A DNA stretch of 64,000 nucleotides from Adineta vaga (GCA_021613535.1 CP075495.1:15500001-15564000), one strand, 5' to 3'; numbered from the stretch's first letter, positions 37,582 to 49,990 are shown. The notes: generated from the letters alone by a model not told the origin. Made by a program: numbers and translations.

Positions 37582-38177
37582 ATGGGACAAATGTATGCAT
37601 ATTCCATCGTTCTATTGATTATGGCTGTCATTATAATGGCTGAAGGACGTCCATCAAATGAAAAGGATTTGTCTTATTTTAAGGAATTGACTCGACGATT
37701 TCATGATTCAAATGATCAATATATAAGAAATAATCAAGATAAAACTGAAATTCTTGCTGAACGACTTTATACTTTGTTAAAAAAACGTATTACATTGGGT
37801 AAGTTTCATTTATTTTCAGAATAAATTATTTATATAAGAGTTTATATGAATATATTCACATATTTTTCATTTGAATATCTCTCAGTTCAATAAATATATT
37901 TACTAAAGAGACTGATGATCGAAACTGAGATCTTTTTGGTTTCATTTTAGAGAACAGATCGGAAGAAAAGACAGGTACTGTCAAGTGGTTTAATGATGCG
38001 AAAGGTTTTGGTTTCATTGCTCAAGATGGTGGAGGTGAAGATCTGTTTGTACATCATAGTGCCATTAATATACATGGCTTCAAAACACTCAAGGAAGGTC
38101 AAAAAGTTCGATTTGAAGTGACGAGAGGCCCGAAGGGTCTACAGGCATCCAATGTCAGTTTAGCGGAAGATAACTAA
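37582..38177 (+). CDS. Prepro-protein: signal peptide + propeptide + bacterial-type cold-shock domain (copy 1)
   Basis: Exons 37582-37798 and 37951-38177 (phase-1 GT-AG intron) give ...[83 protein letters not shown]. The second exon is absent from the ORF track. Confidence 0.88.
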
Positions 38178-38469
38178 ACAGTACAATATGGTTTAAACAG
38201 AGACAAATATCATTCTTTTTCTTTATTTTTCATACTTTTTTTCTTATTTATAAAGAAAAAAGCCTCGCACTATAATAAACTCAAATACAAAAAAATATTG
38301 TCTCAAATGAAACCAATTGTTCTATTGTATTTTCTTCGATTCTTTCATACAACATTATAAAGACATTAGCAACTCTCGAACAATAATTTAATAAAAAAAA
38401 AAAGATATTAAATTTCTTTTTCAGATAAGATTTGAATCGATTCATTTTCAAAAGAAAAAAAAACTTATA

Positions 38470-38549
38470 GATGGAAATTATTTTGATATAACACATTCAT
38501 TTCAAATTGATTCATTAACATATCATGTCTTAGGTTTAAGAAAAGATCA
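38470..38549 (+). pseudogene. Truncated copy of the 5' end of the 41128-42759 gene (edge of a tandem duplication)
   Basis: atggaaattattttgatataacacattcatttcaaattgattca...catgtcttaggttta is nearly identical to 41131-41209. Confidence 0.85.
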
Positions 38550-40155
38550 AATCGATCTTACATAAAGAATATCCAGACAAAATAGGACACAGGAATATCT
38601 TGATGTTCAGATAGTAATTTTGATATTTTTGACACTTTTTTTCGAAAACTTCCGGCAGTAGAAGTTTCTGAACAGATATTTTATAAGATTGAGAACTCCA
38701 TGACACTTTATGTGATAGTGAAATACATATATAGTATATGATTTAGTCATCTCAAGAGGACTAGACGTCCATTCAAGTCTACATTTGACAGTTGTTAATC
38801 CTTCGTATGATGTTCAATTAAAATCATATGAGAAAACTAAAACTTTCTTGATTATACAGATCAATTTCAAAAAATATCTAATTCATCAGTCTTTCACTCG
38901 ACCATGTGCATAAAGGTACTAGATATTAGTAGAGAGAACTAGTCTCAGATTCGATGAGATTTGAGTTTAGATCAGGATGCAACTATATTTTCATTGTTCT
39001 TTAAAATAACAAATAAGACTTTTTTTGTAATTTTTAACAAAACATAAAAGATAGTTTCGTAAGATACAGTGGTACACTTTACCTAAGATTAGGTTCAATC
39101 TTCTGATTTAGTAGATAATATTACATTTTGCTGAAACAATAAAAAATCTAGATTTTTCACTTTTGGGACAACAAAAACTGATGCTCTTTGATCATTGTGA
39201 AAAAGTATTATCGGAAATCTCAGTCTTCTGCTAAACGCTAGCATGTTCCTTATTAAAGATAATACGAAAATTGCAAAGACGAATCTTATTGATCAATAGC
39301 AACCAAAAACTGTTACAGGACACTTTTTCAATAAGCTGCCCTGCTCTGAAGACACTCTATAGAATTTAAAAATCCACTTTTTTCTCGAGGTCTTTTAGGA
39401 GACTGAAGCTGGTGGGTAAAAAAATACTAGTCCTGTTCTAACCGGGCAGTTTCCAAATTTACTCAGCTGATCCGTTTACGTTCTAAGTATTTCGTCCTGC
39501 AAAACAGTCAAAACGAAAAATTTTTTTGCTCTTTAGGTCCTCGTAGAATGAAAGAACAACAAACTATGTGATTTAGAATACATTCATAGGAAATCAGCAA
39601 TTTCTTGACAATCATCTCTATCTTCGAATTCAAGTGAAATATTTATGAAATAATGCAATGTAGAAAACTTCATGGTGATTGGATCGTTCGTTTACAAGTT
39701 ATCGTGTAAATGAACAGTCGATCGGACAATGATTGATTCTAGAATGTTCTCATTCTTTCAGTGCACAATAGAATATAAAGGTCAAAAACAAGGTTGTGCG
39801 TTACTTTTTCTCTATTAGTTTACATAGAAGAAAAATGATTTATCCTTCATCTCTTCTTTTATCATCATATCCCTGTTCATACTTAAGATTGAAAAAATCT
39901 TTTATAAACGAAAAAAACAAGGTTATATATTGTTCGTTTTTTATATACCTCGAAGGAAGAATATGATTTCGATTTGAATCGAATTATACAGGATACATTT
40001 CGCTATTTGATCACAACCAGAAAAAACGTCTTATTAATGATTTTTATAGTTTTATAACAATGTATTACTATATGCTCGAATGCACAGCTGGTATAAAATC
40101 CAGTAAGTTTTATCATTCAATACGCATTCTATTACGTTCGCTCATCTACTAAATT

Positions 40156-40771
40156 ATGGGACAAATGTATGCATTATCCTTCATCGTATTGATCATGGCT
40201 CTCATTGTATTGGCTGAAAGACGATCTTCAAATGAAGATGACCTATCTTATGTGAAGAAATTGGCTCGACGATTTGATAATTCAAATGATCATTATATCG
40301 AAAATAATCTAAATTTACGACATATTAGTCATAATCAAGATGAAACTAAAGCTCTTGCTAAACAATTTTATTCTTTGCTGAAAAAACGCAGCACATTTGG
40401 TATGTTTCATTTATTTAGAAAATGACTTAGTTAAAAAGAGCTTATATAAATACATAGATTGTATTTAGATTTCAATTTCACAAATATACCTATTAGAAAG
40501 ATATTCTATAAAAAGATTGATCAGAATATCATATGACTTTATTTTTATTTTAGATTACAAAAGATCAACAATAACAGGTAGAGTCAAATGGTTTAATGAC
40601 GCGAAAGGCTTTGGTTTCATCAGTCAAGATAACGGAGGTGAAGATGTATTTGTACATTATACTGCTATTCAAATGAATGGCTTCAGATCACTTCAAGAAG
40701 GTCAAAGAGTTCAATTTGAAATCAAGAAAGGACCGAAAGGTCTACAGGCAACCAATGTTAGAGCCCTATAA
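40156..40771 (+). CDS. Prepro-protein: signal peptide + propeptide + KR site + bacterial-type cold-shock domain (copy 2)
   Basis: Exons 40156-40399 and 40554-40771 (phase-1 intron) give ...[12 protein letters not shown]|[71 protein letters not shown]1 (KGFGFI) and RNP2 (VFVHY) are intact. Confidence 0.9.
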
Positions 40772-41127
40772 GATATCTTAACAGTACAATATGGTTTAAA
40801 CAGAGACAAATATCATTCTTTTTCTTTATTTCTTATACATTTTTTTCTTCGATTTTTTTCTTCTCATTTATAAAGAAAACAAAAAGACTCACACTTCAAT
40901 AAACTGAAATAAAAGAAAATATTCTCTTTGAATGAAACTAAAGACATTCAAAACTTTCAAACAATAATTTTAACCAAAAATTCTCAAACTAAAAGAAAAC
41001 ATTTTCATACAGAACAAAAAAACATATTGGATTTATTTTTCAAATGTAACAAAAAAATCCATTATTTTCCTTTTTTTTTCAAATAAGAATTCAAATCAAT
41101 TTATTTTACTAAAGCACAAACAAAATC

Positions 41128-42759
41128 ATGGATGGAAATTATTTTGATATAACACATTCATTTCAAATTGATTCATCAACATATCATGTCTTAGGTTTAC
41201 GGAAAGATCGACCAACATATGGAAATACTTATTATATATTTAATTGCTCTGAAGATCAATCACGATCAATACTTCCACGAATTTCTGTTAATCGAACATC
41301 AAATCGTGACAATTCTAATTGTTGTTTGGAACATGAAAAGAATTTTCGAGGAAATCGATCTCGTTCACAAAAGAATAATAATAATAATAATTTAACAGAA
41401 ATAAAAGAAACATTAACAGAATTAATGAAACAAGAACATGAACAATTAATAAATTCACTTCGAAAAGATATTCAATCGGAAAGAACAACATTAATGAAAT
41501 CATTTGAAAAAGAAAATGAAGTTTTACATGAAACAACAACATTAGTTAAAAATGATAAACAAGATTTAACACGTTTTATAGAAAAACAAAAAATTTCATT
41601 AGAAAATACATTTGAAAGACATATGAATAATCTTAATTCATCAATTGAACTTTTAAAAAAAACTTTAACACAAACATTAAGAACACAACAAGAACAATTA
41701 CAATCAATTCAACAATTTTATACGAATTTTAATCAAAATATTGAAAGACAAATTGAACAAATCTTTAATAAACAATATGAACAACAAAGAACAACAACAA
41801 CAACATCGAATGATTCAAATCTAATGAAACAAATTCAAACAACAATTATCGAAACAATAGAAAAACATTCATTAACAAGAAATAATGATGATAATTTATT
41901 AAAAGATCTTTTAAATGAACAAAAACAATATTTTACTGATTTAATTATGAAACAACAACGAACATATATAAATTCACTCAATGAAATTAAAGAATTACAT
42001 AAAAATCTTTTAGAAATTCTTAAAGAAACTTCGACAACAACAAACAATGAAAAAGATAAAACATCAATGAAAACTTTATTTAATGAACAAACAAAAGAAT
42101 TAAGTGAATTAATTCAAAAACAACAAAATTCATTTTCATTTGATCGTTTTCAAGAAACAATAAGTAAAACATTTCAAGAAGAATTTTCCCGAAATAATTC
42201 ATTTGGATCGATACATCCATTTAAACTTTCAATAAAATCTGGTGAATTTGTTCATGTTTTTGCACGATTATATATTGATGGTAATGAATATCCAAAAGAT
42301 TTACATACTTTATGTCAAAAAGATCCAATTGAAGAAAATGTTATTGATTGTTTTATTTCTCCACCAATTCTTCATGGTCCATGTGAAGTTATTATTTATG
42401 CTAAAACATCTTATGAAACAGAATATCAAGCAACTTTATGTGTTCAAATATCTGATTTAAAACTTTCGCCATTTTCAACATTTCCAAAACTTCATCAATC
42501 TTTTCAAGATTATCAATGTATTTTAATTGAACCACTTCGACGAACATTAAAAATTCATGAAGAAATTCTTTTACAAATGATTATACCAAATGCAGAACGA
42601 ATTCAAATACAAAATGGTGATCAATTTATTGATATTGATGAAAATGAATATGAAAATAATTTTATTAAAAAATTCATAAAAATACAAGGAAATTTGATTA
42701 TTTTTGGACAATGGAATAAGAATCAAAATCTACCGATTTGTACTTTTAAAATTGAATAA
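41128..42759 (+). CDS. Coiled-coil protein with C-terminal beta-rich region resembling the KY/hillarin C-terminus
   Basis: Intact 543-aa ORF, Q/E/K-rich heptads over residues ~90-355, then FPKL..F....CILIEPL..TLK..EEILLQMIIPNA. No transglutaminase core was seen. Confidence 0.7.
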   Translation: MDGNYFDITHSFQIDSSTYHVLGLRKDRPTYGNTYYIFNCSEDQSRSILPRISVNRTSNRDNSNCCLEHEKNFRGNRSRSQKNNNNNNLTEIKETLTELMKQEHEQLINSLRKDIQSERTTLMKSFEKENEVLHETTTLVKNDKQDLTRFIEKQKISLENTFERHMNNLNSSIELLKKTLTQTLRTQQEQLQSIQQFYTNFNQNIERQIEQIFNKQYEQQRTTTTTSNDSNLMKQIQTTIIETIEKHSLTRNNDDNLLKDLLNEQKQYFTDLIMKQQRTYINSLNEIKELHKNLLEILKETSTTTNNEKDKTSMKTLFNEQTKELSELIQKQQNSFSFDRFQETISKTFQEEFSRNNSFGSIHPFKLSIKSGEFVHVFARLYIDGNEYPKDLHTLCQKDPIEENVIDCFISPPILHGPCEVIIYAKTSYETEYQATLCVQISDLKLSPFSTFPKLHQSFQDYQCILIEPLRRTLKIHEEILLQMIIPNAERIQIQNGDQFIDIDENEYENNFIKKFIKIQGNLIIFGQWNKNQNLPICTFKIE

Positions 42760-43165
42760 ATAAAAATATTTCTTTTTATTGAAAATTACGTAGCTGTCTA
42801 ATTTGACTTTGAATACAAATGACGACTTTCAAAAAGCACTCCTAGTCATTACTTTTGATGGATAAAGATTTAAACTTTGTTACTCATAAATATAATTTGT
42901 AAGCAGAGTCATATATGTGAAGAATTTTGAATTATAATCAATGGTAAACAAAAAAAATAAAACTATTCCTATTCTATGGAAAAACTCTAGTTCAAGTTTC
43001 GTGATTTATTTTCGAAATGATATTAAATAGGTGAATATGGATTTATATTCGAATTCGAATTAGGCAGTTCATGTGTACTTTGCCATGTAGATATAATGAA
43101 TCAAAAAAACAAACATTTGATTTTGAAATAATATAATGATGAATAAGAAAAAGAAATAGAAATAT

Positions 43166-44372
43166 TTAATTTGATCCATTTATACGTTTCATTTGTATAT
43201 TATAATAAACACGTGTACGTAAAGATTTAACATTTTCATTTGTATTTTTATCCTCAATTGTCCAAATTTCTTCTTCAAGAATATTTTCACGCATTCGATC
43301 AATTGCGATAAAAAATATTCCATCGACTTTATAAGATGAAACTAATGCATTTCCAATCCATTGTGCATCAAGAATAATTCCATTTTGTTCATCAATAAAA
43401 TAATCATTTTCAGTTGTTTTTCGACAAAATTTATAATCTTTAATCACTTGAATTGTTCCATTCTGTCGATAAGTTCCATACCATTTTGTACAATTATTTT
43501 CCATAGTTGGAAATAATCCTAATTCTAATGTTAATTCTATATTAGTTGGACCAGCATCTATCGGATCAGTTCTTATTATTCCACGCCATGTTCCACTCCA
43601 ATCAGGTTTATCTAAAAGTAAATGCGGAAACTTCGGATTTTATCCGAGAGTTATGTGTACTGCAAAAGTGTATGAGAGAGATGAACTATTCTAGAATGTC
43701 AACGGAACAAAATTATCACGAGATATTTTTCGATGAGCAAGATTTATGATGATTTATTTTTGAATGAATTTTTGTATTTGAATCTATAAAAGATCTATGA
43801 TACATCATCAATATCCATAGGTATGGAGATCACGTTTTTCCTTTTGGATAGTCCTTCTGACTATCTACAAACCCAAGCATTTGAAAACTACAGGTCATCT
43901 GAGACGTAACTAGACTATTTGATGTTAAAATACAGTTTTTGTGCATTTTGAGACCTTTTTCAAGTATTGTTTCATTAGGAAACTACGATTTGACTCAAAA
44001 CCAATATCAGATTCAGAATCAACGTTAAAAACTGAGTCGATTCATATATGTTTTCAATAATTTTGAGAAAAAACATTTTTTTCAAAAAACCCTGTATTTC
44101 CCCTCAGGGATGTTCTAGCCAATAATGACAATTTTTTCGATAACGCAGCCATTTCTCGAGATATTGTTGAGACAACTATGAGCACAAAGTTTTAGCTCAA
44201 TTGCATGTAGTTGTGAAAAGTTATCGAATTAACGGACATACTGACCGATTATAGTAGTGTACTCACTTTTTGAGTACACAAAAACAAAGAAAGATAAAAT
44301 AAATTAATAAAATTTTCTCTTACTTGAAACAATCGCAGTAATCATTAGTATAAAAACAAGTGATGAAAACAT
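43166..44372 (-). CDS. Small secreted beta-barrel-like protein (164 aa, 2 exons), bacterial-looking
   Basis: Exon 1 44372-44324 (MFSSLVFILMITAIVS, signal) and exon 2 43611-43166 (WSGTWRG...KDYKFC...YFIDEQNGIILDAQWIGNALVS); 495 nt in frame. Confidence 0.75.
43620..44282 (+). mobile_element. Helentron-associated (HINE/DINE-1-like) element within an intron
   Basis: 3' stem-loop gtgtactca-ctttt-tgagtacac followed by an A-run, preceded by aacggacatac, plus a 5' hairpin tcggat-ttt-atccga. It enlarges the intron to 712 bp versus the usual ~50 bp. A decayed relative ends near 39770. Confidence 0.55.
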
Positions 44373-44511
44373 TGATCAAGTTTTGATCTTATGAATATAC
44401 AAATTCAATAGAGATTTTTTATTTTATATGTAAATGATAAAAGAAAAGGATTAGAGAATAAATGTTAATATATTGATTTATGTAAAACAAAAGAAAAGGG
44501 AAGATTTCGTT

Positions 44512-45925
44512 TTATCGACGTTTATAAAGATAACTACGAATATATTGAATATTTTTTTGTATACTAATAGCATCGGGATGTGAAGATCCGACTGTTTGAT
44601 TTAGAATTGCAGCAGCTTTTTCAAAATTATTTAATGCTTCTTGTAAATTTCGTTTCTTGATATAAATAGTTCCAACATTATTGTAAATTGTTGCAAAACT
44701 TGGATGTTGAATAGGAAGAGATTTTTGAAGAATTTCAAGTGCTTGATGAAAATGATCTAATGCAAGATCAGAATTATGAAGATGTACATAAGTAAGAGCT
44801 ATATTATTATGTGATCCACCTAATGAATGATGATTTTTATGTAAAAGTTTTCTTTGAATATTTAAAACTTTTTTTTGATAAATTAATGCATCAGAATAAT
44901 TCTTTTGTTTAAAATAAACTAATCCAATATTACTAAGAACTGAAGCTAATTTAGAATGATTTTTACCATAAATTTGTTCAGCTTGATTAAATAGCTTGTT
45001 GATAATTATCTAAAGATAAATAATCACCTCCAATTAAATTATGAATATCAGCAATACTTTCATCATTTGATTTTCGTATTTCTAATCGAATTACAAGTCT
45101 ATTTGATGCCATTCTAAACTTTTTCTATAATCACCTTTCTTATTTGCTACATTACCAAGATTTACATAATAAACACTCAAATTATATGCTAAAATAAAGA
45201 ATTCATATAAATCTTTACCATTCATATCTGGTGTATGATGATCGATAAAGATATTTTTCTGCTTCATCAAATCTTCCCATATTTGCTAAAACAATTCCAT
45301 AAAATCCGGCATTTGTATGTCCATTTCCATGATAATCATCTTTTATTTGATCAAATATTGGTTTAATATCATGACCATTATCATTACATAAAATTAATTG
45401 AATAATACATAATTTATTTTCATAACGAATATGAACAAGACGAAAAATTGATCCTAACATCATAAGAACTTCTTCTTCATCAATAATATAACTAAATTGA
45501 GTTATATTAGCAAATGATTTGATTCCATCAATTTGAGGATCAGCTTCAATTTCAAATAAAACTGGTTGAATATCATTTTCTAATGATTCAATATCACCAA
45601 GAAAGAAAATAGCTATTTCACGATTGAGTGTTGTAGAAACAAATGAATTCATTGAAATTAATTGATTTTGATCTCATACGAAATAGACAATCGATTAAAA
45701 TTTGTGAATGAACAAATTGACCATTTAATTGACTTGTTGACCGAATTGATTATCAATAATAAGAATTATTCGATGACCTTTAGGTACAGATCGAATATAT
45801 TCTTCACAGTCTTTTTCATTTGTATACCTTTTAAAATGATTTATCGGTGTATGAAGTAATTGATTGGCATTGATATATTATCGAAGAATCAAACCAAATA
45901 ATTGATCGTTTTATTATTTGTCCAT
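44512..45925 (-). pseudogene. ADP-ribosyltransferase + TPR-repeat gene, degenerate
   Basis: NSFVSTTLNREIA, LFEIEADP, FANITQFSYIIDEEEVLMMLGSIFR, followed by TPRs (...HPSFATIYNNVGTIY...HPDA); stops and frameshifts upstream and in the first TPRs. Confidence 0.75.
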
Positions 45926-46249
45926 GATTACTTCCCATTTTAATATTCAAAATTAACTTCTACTTGATGTATTTTATACAAAATAATCAAATAAAGTACG
46001 TGTATTGATAAATTCTCTTGGTTTTTTCCAACTTGAGAAGGAAGAGAAAAGAATAGTTTTTAGTATTATGATTCGATTTGTTGATTATATAGATGAAATT
46101 CTTGAATTAAGATTTGATTTTGTTTATGTACATTTAATTGAATAAGAAAAACATATTTTCACCTGTGTTATGCATGAATAGATACATTTGATTATGAAGA
46201 TGGTATTTATAAGATGAAGCAATACTTGTATATAGAATAATTCAACGAT

Positions 46250-46771
46250 ATGGCTCGTCTTGGTACACTTATTGCATTTTCTCTTTTCTTTTTTGTATGT
46301 TGCAGTATTTATCTAACAAGATCTTTTTTTCCTGATGATCGAAATTTTCTTTTATCGAATACGAAAATAAATGAAGAGAAGAAAGAATTCTTAGTAGAGA
46401 TGGTAACGGACAAGATGGAAACAATTCGAGAAGCAGTGGATGCTTGTATGATTAATGGTGATCTTATGATTAAAAAGGAAACACTGGTTAAAAGTATAAA
46501 ATTACTCGATGAAACAGTTAATAAACTTATTTCAAAACAAAAAACAATGGAAAATGAAAAAGAAAAAGATGAAGTTCAACGTTCTAAGGCACTCGAGGTC
46601 ATTTCATCTGTATTGGATATTAATAGAATTTTGACGATCGTCGATGAAACGACTCGTTTACGATTTTTGAAAAATTATGCAATACTTTTAACTGCTTCAA
46701 GTAAAATTAAAGATGAATTTCATGATCAAATTATCAAATATGCAAATATATGTGGTAAAGGAGAAAAATAA
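46250..46771 (+). CDS. Hypothetical 173-aa helical protein with N-terminal signal/anchor
   Basis: Intact ORF with hydrophobic N-terminus and charged helical body; no family recognised. Confidence 0.65.
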   Translation: MARLGTLIAFSLFFFVCCSIYLTRSFFPDDRNFLLSNTKINEEKKEFLVEMVTDKMETIREAVDACMINGDLMIKKETLVKSIKLLDETVNKLISKQKTMENEKEKDEVQRSKALEVISSVLDINRILTIVDETTRLRFLKNYAILLTASSKIKDEFHDQIIKYANICGKGEK

Positions 46772-47186
46772 CAAATGAAAACATAGAAGCACGTTTTAGG
46801 TGACAATGATGAAACGAAATCGTGTTCTTTTTCATACTTACGAATGTTAATGTTTTTCCGTAATTATTTAAAATAAAGAAAGAGAGAAAGAGAAAAAAAA
46901 TCGATGAGCCATGACGGACTAAATGAAATGTAGGTAAAAATCTATCTTTTTTTCTTATTTTCACGTGTCTATTTTATCGTGTAGAATCGACATAAAAAGA
47001 AAAATTCTAATTATATAATCATATTTTTATGTGATAATATTACGAAATAAATCGAGACCCGATCGAAAATGATATTTTCATTCATATCAAAAAGAAACAA
47101 AACAATTATGAAAAAATATATAAGATTTTAAGACATGAAAGAAAAATCTAGCTTGTTTAAAATACAAACACGTCTGAAAGTGAGTT

Positions 47187-49990
47187 TTACAGATGACCAG
47201 ATGATCGACTTCGTTGTCGATTTAAAACCGGTCTTTGATAGTGCCTTGATATTGTCGTTGTTGTCATATTTACTTGTTGTGCACGTTGTCCTTGAATTCT
47301 ATCAAATTGTAGTAAAATATCTTCGCATACTTCAGGAGAAAAACCAGAAATAGTCGCTGCATCATGAGCAAGCTTTGAAATGGTATCAGTTATTGTACTT
47401 TGTTGTTGATCATCATTCTTACTCAATATTGATGATGAAGCGAGTTGAAACGTTGCTGGAAGAGTGATATCGATACTTTTTGAAAAGCTTGACGTTGGAT
47501 TCGTATATGAAGAACCTTCATAGTCACTACTAGAAGCTCGTCGACGAGTAAGAATCACCTGTGAATTGTCTATATGAGTGTTATTATTATTATTCTTTAG
47601 ACCATAGTAATCGGTTAGGATAGATGGTGTTGTTGAGTTCAATTGAAAATCAGTAAGATTCACATGATTGGCTTTTTCTGATTGGCTTTACATAAAAAGA
47701 ATAGTGATTCAATACAATATAAAGATCTTACTTTGATTTCCGTTGTGATGCCAACCAATTTCGAGAAGAATGATATCGAAGTTGTAATTCAGTGATAACA
47801 CCAGCAGAAAGAAGTACTTGAGCGACTGGACGAGATATTTGAAGATTGAAATCATCCAAACGAAAACAAGCAGCATAAGTAGATTCGAGATCACTACGCA
47901 TACGTGATAAAGGTAAATAACTATGAAAAGCAGTGACAGCAGCTTGACATCCATCTTCATTTAATAAGACTTCTTTAATACGCTGAGCAGCAGCTTGTAC
48001 TAAAGGTTTATGAACAAATTTAAAAGCTTCTACTAATTGATCAACAGTCAAATCTTTTTCCGATAATGGAGGAGGACCAGCACCACTTTTCTTAACGATA
48101 TTAGCCCAAAAAAACTGATCACCAAAGAAAGGTATAACAATGGTCGGTTTACCAGCACGAAGACCAGCAGCTGTTGTACCTGCTCCTCCATGATGACATA
48201 CAGCTGATACTGCAACAAATATAGTTTTTAATTTAAATCAATCGAGTATCACATATTATTCACACTTACCATATTCAAAGAGCCAATCGTATGGAACATC
48301 ATCGATTTTAAAAACAGTTTTCGGCAATTGATCATCATCGATATCAAAGCCAGCAAGTATTGCTCGATATCCAGTTAGCATAAGTGCCTCTAGTATAATA
48401 TTGAGAAAACGTCGTGAATCATGACCAGTAATGGAGCCAAAACCAATAAAAATGGGTGGTGATATTTCTCTCGTCTCTCCATTTGATTGAGAAGTAAGAC
48501 CAAGAAACTTAAGTAGTTCGTGTGATGGTGTTGTATAGTTTGTTGCAAGATCAAGAAAGAAAAATCCTGAAACATTAACATAACTTGGCCAATCGGGAGG
48601 TTTTGGGACGAGAGATGGTGACCAACAATAATTATAGGGTACTTTTTCATCACTCATTATAGATGTTGCTTGACGTATATTTAATGATGGAAGTTGTAAA
48701 ATGTCACGACGAAATTGATTGATTATATCACCAATAGATAACCATAACTACAGATAAATACATCACTTTCGTTAATTATTCAGATAAAAACGAAACTCAC
48801 CAATGTTTCAACAAAACGGTAAGATAAAGAATTTAATCTTTCTCGAGATTCTTTTGTATAGTTAACATTCCCCAATGGATGAGGAAATGCTGTTGTTGGT
48901 GAATAAGGCATTGTAAAAACCATATGTAAAGGAACACCAAGTTTTTGTGCACAATGAATATGTCCAAATGAAACTGGATTAGCAATGATTGCTTCAGCAC
49001 GAAAAGATGCTCCAGTTTCATCATCATTACTTATACATGCTGCCCATGTTGAATACAAAACATCATGACACATACGACGTCCTTCAAATACATTGCCTGA
49101 CATAAGAGTATTTACCGATGGAACAATACCAGCATTCTTTACCATAAAAGACATGAATTCAGCAGGATTACCAGCTAATGGATAGAATTCTAGGCCATGT
49201 TCGCGAACAAAACTTCGAAATATTTCGTGAGTAGCTAATCGAACGCGATGTCCAAAGGCGCGAAGAACTTTACCATACCTAAGAAAACAGACTCATCCTA
49301 TTCAAATTTTTACTTCAAAGATACTTACGCAATGAATGGTTGTACATCACCTCTTGAACCAACAATAAGCATAATAATACTAAGAAGAGGTATTGATTTT
49401 GAATTTTTATTTTCTTCTGGAAGTATTGTCATTGGAATTAATTGATCTGAATCTAAGTCGATATTAACATATTCATCGATACTATCGGAACAAGTAATTT
49501 GACGAGTTAAATTCGTTTTATTATGGAATTTATCATCTTTAATTGTAAGACAAACATGAAATGAAAGACATGTATTCATACTACATATAATTAATGTATG
49601 ATTTGAATTCAAAGACTTTTGTGGAAGTTTAATTGATGTATGTGGTAATGTTAATGGACCAGAAAATGATCGAATATCATCAAGCCATACAACAACAAAA
49701 ATAGATTGTGTAAATAGAACATCATTTTCGTCTTTCATGTCTTCATTCGATGATTTTTTAAAAGTAAGATAAATGGATGATGTCGATTCTTCATTTGAGA
49801 GTGTACAATCAAATTGTCTACGATACCACCAATTTGTAGATTTATTATTATCGATAATATGTGGTAATTTTATTGAATACCAATTTGATTCATCGATTGA
49901 AATTGGAACATTTACATTCAACAGATCATTATCATCATCGGTTGTAGAACAACAAGTCCACTCTTGATCAAGATTAATATTTATTGACAT
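47187..49990 (-). CDS. Sterol 3-beta-glucosyltransferase-like (GT1; UGT80/ATG26 type) with extra N-terminal domain, multi-exon
   Basis: IVGSRGDVQPFIA, GHRVRLATHE, AIIANPVSFGHIHCAQKLGVPLHMVFTMPYSPTTAFPHP, CHHGGAGTTAAGLRAGKPT..PFFGDQFFWA. Introns at ~49328-49279, 48800-48748, 48269-48210 and one near 47731. Confidence 0.9.

Noticed and set aside
40517-40771. Cold-shock ORF as bacterial contamination or a stand-alone cspA
   Set aside because: It has no ATG of its own, is preceded by a splice acceptor, joins in phase to an upstream exon in both copies, and has host-like AT-rich flanks.
41315-42460. Short antisense or alternate-frame ORFs inside long genes (similar ones at 8300, 10117, 10986, 11896, 53251, 59604, 62853)
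   Set aside because: Shadow ORFs expected from codon bias of the real gene.
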